This document shows positions 1 to 46,800 of a DNA stretch of 64,000 bases, piece by piece. Where the stretch lies: positions 4,962,001-5,026,000 of the forward strand of contig CM052816.1 of NCBI GenBank assembly GCA_028534125.1, in the 5' to 3' direction. Position numbers and translations under genes: made by a program. Each line of letters starts with the position of its first letter. The stretch's first letter is position 1. The notes beneath the pieces are model-generated. The model was not told the origin of the DNA and did not search any database. It saw only the letters and a program-made list of their open reading frames with translations. Source of the stretch: Lama glama. Taxonomy: Eukaryota.

Positions 1-720
1 AGGGAGAGCTTGTTGCAGGCGTAAACAGTGATAAATACAGGAGTGATACTGAGAAGCCAAGAGGGAACTGGATCCAGATTACAAGTAGAAAGAACAGTTG
101 AGAATATGGAAATAGGTGCAAGTAGGTTGGTCGATCTGTTTGATTCTGATGGCTTCTGATTTTCTTAGTGAGACACAAGTCAGAGAGATGGAGTCAAGTT
201 CAGGGTAGGGAAGGAGCTGGATGCAGCATGAACACTCATCTTGGAGAATAGGAAAATGAACTTACTGAGGGAGATTGCAGGTCCAGTGGTCCCTGTTGAG
301 TGCCAAGCGAGGGATCATGGTTATGAATTCTAAGTAAACTACTCAAAGTGATTGAGAAAGAAGATGGTTGGATTCAACCAGGTTTGGGGTTTTGTAGCAT
401 AAATATCCCTGGGGGGTGGGGCAAAGGAGATAAGGGTGTTTTTTAAGGACTAATTATAATGATGGATCATGAAATCCTTGCTGCATGGATATAAGGACAG
501 GAAGACAGATGTGGGTGAGTAACAGTGCAAATGGAAGGGGTTCTGTGGATCGGTGGTCTCTTTGAAGTGGGAGCCTTGTTGCCATGGGATACAAGAGAGG
601 GGGAGCAGAAAGGGTGGTAGGCAGGGGCAGAAGAAGGTTGAATCAAACTGACCTTGAAAGATGAGCAGGAATTCACAAGAAGAGTTTTTCAGGTAGGAGA
701 CAGACACAGGATTGGATTAG
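1..720 (-). mobile_element. Old LINE2-like fragment
   Basis: Purine-rich degenerate sequence typical of antisense L2; boundaries approximate. Confidence 0.4.
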
Positions 721-959
721 AACAATTTGTTTTCAGAGGTTCTTCAAAACAGTGATTATTCCATGAAGTCTTGACTGAAATTGCAAAACACCTTGATCAT
801 ATGACTGATTAGGTTGTATCACTTGATGGTTTTCAAAGTCCATGTCTTCAAAGATTTGATATAGTCTATGATTTGATTTTTTTTAATAAAGCTATAATGG
901 AAAAAGAAATGTTTTAATAAAAGGAGAAAGACAAAGAAAGCTATAGTGGTGTTTTTCCC

Positions 960-1565
960 AGTAGGATTGTCAAGTATGTAGGAAATATAAATAGGTACAC
1001 CTACTTTGGAGAGGAGTTTCACACTTTCTAGTAAAGCAAATATATATATATCAAAACATCCTGGCAGTTCTATTACTAGGCATAAAACCTGAAATTGTAT
1101 TGTGCATAGGATTATTAATAGCAGCATTTTTTGTTTGTAGTAGTAAAAAATGGAAGCCCTTCAAAAGGGAAATGAATAACTAAACATGTAGTGTATTGAT
1201 GCAATGGAGTATTATACCACAGTATAAATGATCAGGAGCTAAAGTTATATGTGTCAGGTTGGATGACTCTCAAACAGAATGAGTATAAAAAGCAAGCTAC
1301 AGAAAAGTAGACTGCATGATACCATTTAAATGAAGCTTTTAAATATACAAAGTAATTCTGGATCTTGTTTAGGAATATACATAAAGAAAGGCTAGGAATG
1401 ATAGAACACAAAATTCGTGAATACCAGTTTACCTCTGGGGAAGAAAGGGGGAGAGAAGTTTGATGGGAGTGGGATATACAGAGGACTTTAACTGTATTGG
1501 TAATTTTTCTTATGCTGGGTGGTGGATCCTTCTTTATGTATCTGAAATACATCATCATTTAAAAA
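960..1565 (+). mobile_element. Old L1 (L1ME-like) 3' region
   Basis: Motifs actttggagag..gtttaacac, aatggagtattat, actgcatgataccattt, gtttacctctggggaag. Confidence 0.55.
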
Positions 1566-2061
1566 AACAGAGAGAAGTATTAGAATTTCTCGGTTTCTTC
1601 TGAATTCAAAAAACAACAGCCTGGGAATATCCAGATGTAGATGCTAGAGTTCTGCAGCCTTTGTTAGAAAAGTAAGATCATTAGTAAAAATGAAGGGTTT
1701 TTATTTTTTTAGTGTATTAGGACAAATTCATCTCCAATTAGCGGAATTGCTGGGCCTCTGTAACAACTATTTTTTTGTAAGTTCCCCTTTGAGCACAAGC
1801 AAACTCCACTGTTTGACCTCGTGCCAGGCAATGTGTATAACTCAGTGCCAAGAGTTTGATCATGGGGGAGGGTTTAAAAGACAACAATATGAAATAAGCA
1901 CTTTGGTTTTAAAAGGACAAAAACAAAGACTGTTTCTTGCCCTCTCCTCCCCACCCCAAATGCACTTAACTTTTAGAAATGCACAGTAATTCCTACAGTG
2001 AAATATTTACTAGGGAGACTGTCTTCATTTTTCAATAATATTTCCAACTCTTGCTTTTCAG

Positions 2062-35371
<33,310 letters not shown>

Positions 35372-37329
35372 ACTTTCAAGGACCTTTAAGAAACTGTGCC
35401 AAATTCAAAATACCCAACACCTTTCACCTCTGCAGTTATACCTCGCCAGACATTCACTTTGATCCAGAGATGTTTCTGCAGTGATCCAAAAAATACAAAT
35501 GAGGGTCAAGTTTGAATCTACTCTACGCTTAGGCACAGTGGAATCTGCCTTTGGACTCAACTGTGGTTTCCAGGGAGGAAAGATGATGAAAAGCCAGCAG
35601 TAGTTATTCAGAACTAACACCTGCAGAGTGATTGTTGGTCATCTCTAAAGCCTTATGCAGGTTTCACCCAAAGAGGAGAAACTTTTTAAATCACCCAAAG
35701 TGTCATATTCTTCAACACAGGCTACCTTTATAAATGCTTCACCTGATCATAAATACGTCAGTCTTGTTTGAGATATAATTGCTGCATTTTATGACTATTG
35801 GTATCATTTTCTTCCCTGTTTTTGTTAACCTGGGTTCTCCCCTTCTGCTCTTCCAGACTGAAGTTTGAATGTGAAATAGGCCTTACCCATCATGTTGACT
35901 CTTTACCCTGTCTGAACTTTAGGTCAAAAGTTTGGTTTTAGTGTTTCCGGATAGCTTATTTGAACAAATCACTTACTAAAGCTTGAGAAGAACAAATAAC
36001 TCAAATGTGTCTTATCCCTTTGGTTTTGTAAGAAATGACTGATGGTGATCAAAATAGCTCGGGAAGAAATTACCTTTTCAGTGGTTCTTTAATCTTTTTT
36101 GGATCACAGGACCCTTTGCAAATTAAAGCCACAGATGATCTTTGAAGAAAAATGCATATTCCTCATCTTTCATATGTAACTTTGGGATCACTGGACTCCA
36201 ACTTTGGCATAATGGAATCCTACATACTATTTAATGGTAAATCCTTTGGAGTTTTGTGGGGGGTTTGTTGTTGTTTTGTTGGGGTTTTGTTGTTGATTTT
36301 CCCCCCTTACTAATGAGCATTTTCTTGAGATCTCGTCTTCTCTTTGGTTATTTCCATAGTTGAACAGTGTCAGGAACAGATGTTTCCATTATATCCCAGT
36401 TGCTAGGATGTAAAAATCAGGCAGTCTGGGGTGAGGTTGGTAGGGAACACTCTTTCCCAATAATTGAACTATTTTGAGATTCATCATGAAGGCTTTCCTC
36501 CTCCAGTGCCATTTATTTTTCAATTATTTCCCAGAGTTGCGGGTGGTGAGGCCAGCAAGAATGAAATTTATTTAAAAGGAACTCTCTAGGAAGGAAAAAG
36601 TTTTAAGAGTCAGTTTTCAAAGATCTGACTCCCTGGGGTTTTGGTTTGGTTTGGTTTGGTTTTATTAGACCTAGCTTTAGGATTTTAACATGCTAAACCA
36701 AAAAAGGAACTATTGTAGGATTTAGATCCTCATAGTTATTTACAGTTAAGTAAACTTTAGTTAGAAGATGCATTGTTACTAGTGGCTGGAGAATCTACTT
36801 TGTTGCAAAGATATAAATAGACATGCTTAAGTGGAGAACTCAATACCAACCAGCTCTACAATCTTTGTTAAACAAATGCTTCACTTACAGAAATGAAAAA
36901 AATATTTATTCCCTTCCACTTGAGTAAAGAGCAGTATTATTAAACTGGAATTCTAAACTCCTTCATGATTTACCAAAACCATCCCCTGTGAGCACACTCC
37001 CCAATTACTGCTTTGGTAAGAACAAGAATTACAGACAACTAAGCAAGAAAACTACCCAAAGCAAAGATGACAAAAGTGACAAAACTCCATTTCTCTCAAA
37101 CTCCTCTTTTCCAATACTAGATACTGTACTGTTTGTATCAAGCTGTTCAAATCTGAATAAATGGTTTTCATTTCCTTCTCCCTAATCATTAGAACCATGA
37201 AGAGCCAAAGCACAGAGGAGATGACTGGAGCTTTCTGACTGGATAAGATATATCAATAAATGACTGAAGAATTAGTTTTGATACTTTACCCCATCCAAAT
37301 TAACTCTAGCTCTGATAGGTAACTGTATC

Positions 37330-37965
37330 TCTAATACAAACCACCATCCTACTACCCAGATGACAGCACTAGCCTCCCACTCCCAGCATCTCCCTGAATC
37401 TGCTCTTTGTTACTAATTATCCATTCTTCATATACCAATGATTAGTCTAAATGACAAATCTCATCAGCTTCCCATTAGAAAACTTTCAGTAGTTTCCCAC
37501 TGCTATTAGAAAGGAGACACTCTTGAACGTGGCTTATAAAAGCTGTGCCTGGTCCCAGTCCTTAACCTCTGGGCCTCCTGTCCAGACATTCCCATCCTTG
37601 ATTCTAGATCCCAGCCACACTGGCCTCTGAGCTGCTGGAACCCACCAAGTTCTCTTGTCATCTCAGGGGTTTTGCCCGTTTTGTTCCTCTCCCTGGCCCA
37701 CTTTGGTTCATCTATTAAATTTCAGATGAAACGTCCTTTCTCTAAGAAGACTGTCCTTGAACTTAAACCTCAAGGACATCAGCAACCTGTACTTTATAGT
37801 TCACAAATGGTATTTTTATAAATTACTCTTGGCAATACAGCTGTAGATTGTAAGCTCAAATGAGGGTAGAGATTATGTCTTCCATGTACTGTTTTATCCC
37901 TAGCACCTACTTACAGTGTCTAGTATCTAATAAGTGCATAATGGAAACTTACAGACTGAATAAAT
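37330..37965 (+). mobile_element. LINE2 3' region
   Basis: ccagccacactggcctc..tagattgtaagctc..gagggtagagat..tatccctagcaccta..gactgaataaat. Confidence 0.65.
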
Positions 37966-38123
37966 CAGGAAACTGAAAGAATGCTCATTAATAACTTGAA
38001 CTTAGAGGACTCTAAACTGAGCTCATTCATACCGGTACTGGCTGACACCTAAGGCTTGAGGCTGGTCGTCAACCTTACTACATTAACAGAACAAAGGAAT
38101 TCAAGAACACTTGGCAGTAAAAT

Positions 38124-38414
38124 AGCTCCCCACCCAGCCACGATTTCGCTTTCCACAGTTTCAGTTACCCACAGTCAACAGCAGTCCAAAAATATTAACT
38201 GGAAAATTCCAGAAATAAACAATTTTTAAGTTTAAATCATGCCCACTCTGAGTAGCGTCTCACAGCCGTCCCACTCCATCACTCTTGATGTGACTCATCC
38301 CTCTGTCCGGCATATCCACACTGTATGCTACCTGCCTGTTAGTATAGGAAAAAACAGTACCCATGTAGGGTTCAGTGCTACCAGTTTCCCCGCAGGTGAG
38401 GGAGGACTACTATG
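38124..38414 (+). mobile_element. MER44A/Tigger7-like TcMar MITE
   Basis: tttcgctttccacagtttcagttacc..ggaaaattccagaaataaacaat..tataggaaaaaaca..ggaggactacta. Confidence 0.75.
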
Positions 38415-39305
38415 TACGTGGAGGAGCTGAATTACACCACAGTGAGCACTCTCTTGGTCATCCTTCAGGACCATTCCTTTCCGAAGATAACCACTCAGAC
38501 AGCTCTATACACAATCGTATTTATACAAGGTGATGTTCTTTCCAGTTCTACTAGACTTGTGCCCCTTCTTTAGCACTTTAACAAGCTGTCTCTCAACTCT
38601 CCCAAGCAATGACCAGACCCCCACTTAACACTGAGTTCCTCAACCCTTCAAACTCAACATTTCTCCTGACATGTCAGTACGCCTGTTCTCAACTGTGGCA
38701 AAGATGAAATCCCTATTTTAATCCAAATTTGTTAGGACATCTGTGTCGGCCTCACAGTCACCAGCATGTCAAAGCTCCTTGGTTGAGAACCTATGACCTT
38801 TGCTGCTTTTACCATAAATCTTAACATGATAAATGTATCTCTTCCAAAATGTGAACATCTCAGTCAAATCCAAGATCTGCTCCTGCACCTGACTTCTTAC
38901 AACCCCACCTTTGGGGGTCAATAGAAGGACTAGAAATGAAGTCCTGAACCAAGACTAGGATATCAGAAGTTCAACTTGTCTAAAAGTAGTCCACTAGTTA
39001 ACAAGCCAATCAGCCATATATAAGGCAGTAGCACCAGGAAATAGAATTAAAACTGGTTTCCTAGTAATGCCAAATAATCAGCAGGGGGTGTAAGTGAAGA
39101 GACAATTCCATTTACACAGCTGCTCATTAAAAGCTTCCTACAAAATGAGACATCATGTATGCAAGCCAACTTGCAGAAAACAGAGGAAGAGTTTGGGAAC
39201 AGACAAGATGCTTCTATGTCACTGACAGTGAACGACCATATTCTAGAGCCAGCAATTCAGAGCTTTGAAAGACCAAACCTTCATGCCAGTGGTTAAAAAG
39301 AAATC

Positions 39306-39311
39306 TTTATT
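39306..39311 (-). terminator. CNOT8: CNOT8 polyadenylation signal AATAAA
   Basis: tttatt on + at the end of an AU-rich ~1.37 kb stretch downstream of the stop. Confidence 0.75.
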
Positions 39312-40676
39312 TTACAAAATTAAAAACATAAATAATATTTACAAGCATCTTAAATACTAGCTTATAATACTTAACATTTTTTAATCATTTCAAATTGAGT
39401 TTTCCATAAGCTTTTAAAATGCAAGACTATTCACCCACTTCAGTGAGTTACCAGTTTTCATTTCCACTATTCCAACAGAGTTTTTGGTTTTTTGAAATTG
39501 TCTGTACTGTAGTCATTCAAAAATAATACAGTGTACTTTTTAAATGACTAGTTTAAAAAAAAAAAATCACAGTCCTGAGCTTCCTACCCCAGTTGTGGGA
39601 TATTACTCCAAAAGAACTCTGTAAACCAAATTCCTTACTGCTCTGCTTACATGTAACCACTATAACTTTTTAGACTCACATTCCTGGTACTCACATTAAT
39701 CCCTCTCCCTAACTTCTCTTCATTTTTCTGAAAAGGAAAAGCAGGGAAGACAGATAAGAGAGACAGGAGAATACAGATGACCATCTGAAATCACATTACT
39801 GAAAATATAACAGACTTATGATCCAAAAATCTTCCCCTACTAACTTCCTTCAGCATCAAATCCAAGATGTTTTACAAAATGAAAACTCAAAATGATTTCG
39901 AATGATGCACATGTGACAGCAAATCTCAGTGGCACAATGGAACACAGACTTAAAGACACTTACGTGACTAATTTAATACCCATTCTGGAGTTCCTCGTGA
40001 ATAAAGGGTAGGCAGATTCAGTAGAATTTTGTTTTTAAGAAAAGTTTTCATTATCTGGTCTTCATATTTCAGCACTGAGTAATTCATTTCCACGTAACAG
40101 TACATAAAGAAAGACTAACAAGGTATGAGGAAAGCAAATGTCCTCAAGAAAGGTCAAAATAAAAAAAAAACAAAAGGAAAAGACTCAACATCTATAATCC
40201 ACTTCACAAGACCACCATTTTGTTCTACTTTCCCTCGAAGCCCTCAGCTCAGCTGAGAATCACTGCAAGACGTCTTCATCCTCAGAGGTTAGCAACAAAT
40301 TTAAAAGAAAAAGAATGACAACAGGTAAGAGTTATATACATTTTACTAGTTTGTTTCTGACTTGTCCTGAATATTTAAAAAGGTGTCAAATGAGCCATGG
40401 ATGCTGGTGGCAGGAGGCAACTGGAGAGGAGAGGCTTAGGGATGAGGAATAGGGAAGACGTGTTTACAAATTCAGAGCAAACTCCCTTCTTCTGGATCTA
40501 AAATAAAGGCATCTTTTGTCTTCAGTGAAACAAAAGTCTTTCTGTCAACGCAGATGGTAGGTACAGTTTGCTCAAAAGAAGCGTTTTCTCTTGGGAAGGA
40601 AGACAAGTGTACACAGACAGTCAGCACAGTGAGCACCACTCTGGGACCAGGCCTGCCCTGCAGAGCCTCGCCGCCA

Positions 40677-40826
40677 TCACTGCTGCATGTTGTTGATGAT
40701 CGCCAGGATGCTCATCTTTTCCTGGGCAGAGTCCACATCCTCATTCTGCTTCTGGGCCACTCCCGTGCCTAGGCCATAGAGCCGCCCACAGTACTTGGCA
40801 TCATCAATACTGTCCTCAAAAAACAA
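40677..40826 (-). CDS. CNOT8: CNOT8 last exon, coding part
   Basis: ctgcag|[34 protein letters not shown]. Confidence 0.96.
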   Translation of the reverse strand: MFFEDSIDDAKYCGRLYGLGTGVAQKQNEDVDSAQEKMSILAIINNMQQ

Positions 40827-43800
40827 CTGCAGAAGAGGACAGAGAACCCCTGTGAGAACCATGCCAAGAGTCATGCCAAGGTGCAACACTACCACATCAG
40901 CACCTCCCAGCTCTCTTAAAGCCCTGAAAATCCAGCAACTAGAAACTAACTTCATAAAGAAAGGCTCCAAACCTTTCCTACATTCTTTTCATGTTTCTCT
41001 CTCTCTAGGATCCCCTCTCTGAACAGACTTCTACTGTCCATGAGTTTTTACTGCCAGAACTCTGTGCTGCTGCTGCTGCTTAGTACAACTGTCTCTTTCT
41101 CCTCTCCTAACAGGCAATGCAGTGGCTAAGAGCTTGAGCTGACTCGTGTGATCTTAGGAAAGTCACCTCAACGCTTCTGAAGTCATGGTAAAACAGGATA
41201 AGGTAACAATAGTTTGTTCTAAGTGAGAAAGTGGACACTAAGCACTTACACAGCAAGGTGTCTCAACCTTCGGGGCACTATTGGGCAGGATTAACTCTTT
41301 GCTGGGGGGAGAGGGAGGTTGTCCAATGTGTGTGGTACTGTACGATGTTTAGCAGCTTCCCTGGCCGATAGCATACAACCCTACTCCCCCCAGGTTGGGA
41401 CAGCCAAAAATGTCTCCAGACATCTTACCAAAGGTACCTGGGGGGCAAAATTGGGAGCACGATGCTGCCAGCTTTGTTCTTCCTTTCCAAGACTGCTTTG
41501 GCCATTCAGGATCTTTTGTGGTTCCATACAAATTTTAGGATTGTTTGTTCTATTTCTGTGAAAAATGCCACTGGAATTTCGATAGGGATTGCAAAGAATC
41601 TGTAGACTGCTTTGGGTAGTATGGACATTTTAACAATATTAATTCTTCCAGTCCATGAGCCCAGAATATCTTTCCATTTATTTTTATCTTCTTCAATTTC
41701 TTTCATCAGTGTTTTATAGTATTCAGTTTACAGGTCTTTCACTTCCTTGGTAAAATTTATTCCTAGGTTATTTTATTCTTTTCAATGCAATTGCAAATGG
41801 AATTGTTTTCATAATTTCTGACAATTCACTATTAATGTATAGAAACAACAGATTTTTGTATACTAATTTTGTATCCTGCAATTTTACTGGATTCATTTAT
41901 TAGTTCTAAAGGTTTTTTGGTGGCATCTTTAGGACTGTTTATATATAATACATAATCTGCAAATAGTGACAGTTTTCCTCCTTTCCAATTTGGATGCCTT
42001 GTATTTCTTTTTCTTGCCTAACTGCTCCAGCTAGGACTTCCAATATCACGCTGAATAAAAGTGGTGAGAGTGGGCATCCTTGTCTTGTTCCAGATCTTAG
42101 AGGAAAAACTTTTAGCTTTTCACCATTGAGTATGAGGATAGCTGTGGAACATTTGATCATTAACAGAACTTAGCATAAAATAAGTGGATGGTTTAACAAA
42201 TGTGTTCATATTATAGAAATGAGAAGAAAAGCAAATAATTGCAAGGATTAGAGGTGTGAGGAACACTAAGTACACATCTAATCTTAAGCATGCTGAGTGG
42301 CCACCTTTTCAAAATGCTTCTGTGCCTCCCAAATCACATTTAACATATTGAACGTATGTACAACAAATAAACCAAAAGCAACTGCTTTCAAAGTGCTCAT
42401 CAGCTGCCAGCAGAAACTATAAATTTGCAATAAACTTCAGCCCTGAAAGCCTTGGCCTTACCTCTTTCATCCTGAAGAAGGCCATTCCTGTCAGCAGTGA
42501 GTCTGAGCCTGCCTGGTGCTGTCTTCCAATTCTCTGCAAATCCAACTGATCAGCAACTTCCTGAAGACCTCCCTGGAGATGCAAGGAAAACAAATGTAAT
42601 ATTACAGACCCAACTCCTCCACGGGAGTCAATTCTGTCTATTCTTGAGTTTCCTTCCTTTGGTGATAGGGAAATAGGAACAGGCTATTTACTTAACAGGC
42701 CTTAACCCAGCGGTACCCCTTTTTAACCCTCCAAATGACACACTGTGTCATACTCCACTTTTCACTCCTTTCTTTTCTGCATCATTAATTTTGTCAGACC
42801 TCTGCCCCTGAAAGTCCTAACTGCTGTGAAACAAGGCTGAGGAAACAGTAAATGCCAATCCAATTCTAGCAGCAAACCTCTTGTGTCAACAATTAGGGTG
42901 GGGAGTTCTTAAACTGTATAGGGTGAAGAACCCTTCTGAGAGTCTGGCACACTGCAGACCCCATCCCTAACAACTTGTACACACACTTCATGTTGCCCAC
43001 TGTTTCACTAGGTTCATGAGCCCTACATGAAGAATGCCTGCCTTACAGTAAGAGAAGCAGAGGGCTCCCTTCATGCCCAGGTTCAAGACAGTTACACACA
43101 AATCCCTGTGCTGATCAGCTCTATATGCACCCTGTCGAGCACAATTCTGGCACCCAGCAGACACTCAAGGGCACACGCTGAACAAACTGCAATAAGGCAA
43201 AATGACAAGTCTGCTTCTGTCACTGCTGCTACTAGTATTAAGAAAAATATTACGTACCTTAAGATTTTTGCAACTCTTCATCAGGTATTTCACATCATAA
43301 ATGGATGGGAAGAAAAGGTTCAGAATATGAAAGAATTCATGTTCCTCTTCTGGCAAACGAGAATCCGTAAGTAACTTTACCATGTAGCCAAAGTCATAGC
43401 CACTACAAGGAGAGAACGAGGCAATGAGATGAAGGAGAAGCAGTGATCAGGCCCCAGTGTTCGACTGCTTTACTTCTCAGAGCTTATGATGCTACCTCGT
43501 GTCAGAACTTTCAGTTTTCCAAAGTAGTTTAACCTACTGTAATCTGAACTTTCCATTAAAAAACAACATAACAAATTCATATGGGAGATACATAAGAAAA
43601 CCCAAGGGTTTGTAAATGTGCGTTTTATTCATCAATAATTCAAAAGTACTGCACAGTAAAAATAACATCTCCTGAGCAGAATATGGCTTTTGAGTACCAA
43701 AGAAAACCCAGGCAAGCCATTTAAAAGACAATCAAGTGCTTCCATCCCTCCGACCCTCCACCTTTCAACTTGACATATACCCACTGACAGCCACATGAAA

Positions 43801-46800
43801 GAGCCTAATACTGTGTGAAACAAACCACCATAAGCTCCAAAGTATTTTTTGAAATATTGAAATGTGAGCAACAGTTACCATTTCATCATTATAGCTGATG
43901 TGAGCTACAAAAGAGAACCAAGAGGACTGCAAAAATACCATGAGAATTCAATTTCCTGCTCCCAAAGCAAGAGAGAGACACATTCTCTCAGACTGACCTG
44001 TGAAATGAAAGCCACTTGACGTTGTCACAGAGGACCACCCCTGATGTCATAAGGAGCTCTGCAAAGTGCAATGTGTCAATCCCTTCCTCTTCATGCTTCT
44101 GAAACTGCAGTCCTGAGTTAGCAAGGAGATCTATGGAATCCTGGGAGTACATGTCCTCTCTAAAAAGAAAGGTGTTCACTTAGTGGGTAAGGTCACAGAA
44201 GTAGTGGGCAACAATACTACCATAACTCATACATTACAGAACAAGTGTTCCTAAAATGCTTCCATAGTTTAAGAATAGATCAACTCATTGCTTCCAGTGT
44301 TCTAGCAAGCACATAAGGTAATCCAGTAAATTTTATGTTATGTGGTTTTTAACCACAATTTTTTTTAAACTGCATCAAAATTTGTTCAAAATCATATAGG
44401 TTTCAGTTCCAATTACCCTTGATTAGCACCTACTCCATACCTTATATCTATTATGAAAGACAGGAATAACCCTGTATTACAGATAAGGAAACTGAACTAC
44501 AGAAGGTAAAATAACTGATCCAAATTCACCCCGCTAATAACTGTAATTCAACACTGATCTCCTAACTAGGGAATTGATTTCACTTTTTCATTCCAAACAG
44601 CCTTACTGAGATAGATAATCCACATACTAAACAATTCACTCATTCAAAGTATACAACTCAATAGTTTTTAGTATATTCACAGAGTTGTACAACCACCACC
44701 AATTAGAAACCATTTCACGACCTCAAAAAGAAACCCCATATCCATTAGGCTATCACTCCCCATTAACCCATAACCTCCCCACTGCCCTCTCTAGACAACC
44801 ACTAATCTATTTTCTGTCTCTATACATTTGCCCATTTTGGACATTTGTATAAACAGAATATATAATATGTGGTCTTGTGTGTCTGGCTTCTTTCCTTTAG
44901 CATGTTTTCAAAGCTCATCAATGTACAGCACATATTAGTACTTCATTCCTTTTTACTATCCAGTGGCATGGATATACCACATTTATCCATTCCTCAGTTC
45001 ACAGACATTAAGAATTTCCACTTTGGGGCCTTTATGAATAATGCTGCTGTGAGCCTGCAGGTGCAAGTTACACATGCATGTATGTTTTCATTTCTCTTGG
45101 CTATATGCGTCAGAGTGGAGCTGCTAGATCATACGGTAACTCTATTTTTAACCTTTGGAGAAACTACCTGTTTTCCAAATAGGCTACACCATTTTATATT
45201 CCCAATAGCAATATATGAGGATTCTAATGTCTCCACACCCTCACCAATACTTGTTATTATGTCTTTTTGATTAAGGCCACCTAGTACATATGAAGTAGTA
45301 TCTCATGGCTTTGATTTGTTATCTCCCTAGTGATCAATGATGGTGATCATCTTTTCATGGGTTTATAAGTCATTTTTTTTAAGGGAAGTACTGGGTATTG
45401 AACCCAGAACCTCAAACATGCTAAGTATGTGCTCTACGCATGAGCTGTTACTCTCCCCACCTTTATAAGCCATTTTTAAATCTTCTTTGGAGAAATGTCT
45501 ATTTAGATTTTGTGCCCATTTTTAACCAGGTTGTCTTTTTATTGTTGACTTGTAAAATTTTTTAATTTTATTATTGTATTATTTCATTATTTTATTTTGG
45601 TGGGAGGTAGTAATTAGGTTTATTTATTTTAGAGGAGGTACTGGGGACTGAACCCAGGACCCTGCGCATGCTAAGCATGCGCTCTACCACTTGAGCTATA
45701 CCCTCCCCATAAAAGTTCTTTAAGAGGGACATTACATTCCAAGATGCCTTATCTCATCGTATGCTTGACAGCTGTCTAACCCCCACTTGGGTTTGGTGGA
45801 AACAAAACTTAAAATTACTAAAATCAGTTAGAAGCCAGTCTGCACAAATGTAGCAGATTTAAGAATAACACTGAGAGGGGTCTCAGACACTTACGTAAGG
45901 TTGAATTTGAAGTTAAACTGCCAAGTGTTGATTCCAGAAGGATATTCTCCCTTCTCATTCGTGAATGTGAGGCCAAGCTGGATAATTTTTAAAAGGTCAA
46001 CATTGCACCGTAAAAGCTGATACTGGTAATCTATGGAACTACGAAATTCACCGATTGGTCGCACCACAACACCTGGAAATTCTGTGTCCTAGAAAAGGAA
46101 AAAGTCTCTCATCATACAGTTTCACAGAAAAGTAGGTATTGAAGTGATCATTCATAAATAAAAATTTTACCTCAACTTATAAAAGTTAGGTGACACGCCC
46201 CAAGCTCAGGCACAAAAATTCACCATAAAATACTGATTTCATTGATATCTACACAGAAGGACCTAGAATCATGAAGATCTGCACCACAACTTGGAGGTCC
46301 TAAACAGGATGCGAACAGAAGTAGTTGACTAACTGCAGATCCATTAAGAACATTCTAGGTTCATATACAATCGATTAGGAACACTCTAGGTGGAGAACAA
46401 TATACGAATAAAAATGCAAACATAGGGAGGTCAAACAGCTATTCAGAAAATAAATACATAAACAAACAGCCACGTGTGGCTTTAGTAAAAAGCCTAGAAC
46501 AAGATCATAGAGTTCTAAATACCAGGCTAAAGAGTTAATTCTACGATCTCCACAGCAGGAGTCACAAACTCCAGGCAGCTAACAAAGGAGTGAAACACAC
46601 TGGGTATGAAAATGGTTATGAGTAACAGGGACTGGAGCAAACTAAAGAGTACCTGCCTCCCCTGAAAGAGACTCCTGATACCACCACGATACACGTGTTC
46701 CCTGCCAGCCACTCAAGGTCAGGCAGGAATGTAGACCCTATAATGCCAAATCTTCCCATTTTTTCGAGATGCCAGACATAGGGAATTTAGGTAAGGTCTC

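Noticed and set aside
41506..42160. Reverse-transcriptase-like ORFs as an active or domesticated RT
   Set aside because: Short, frameshifted L1 ORF2 fragment lacking both ends.
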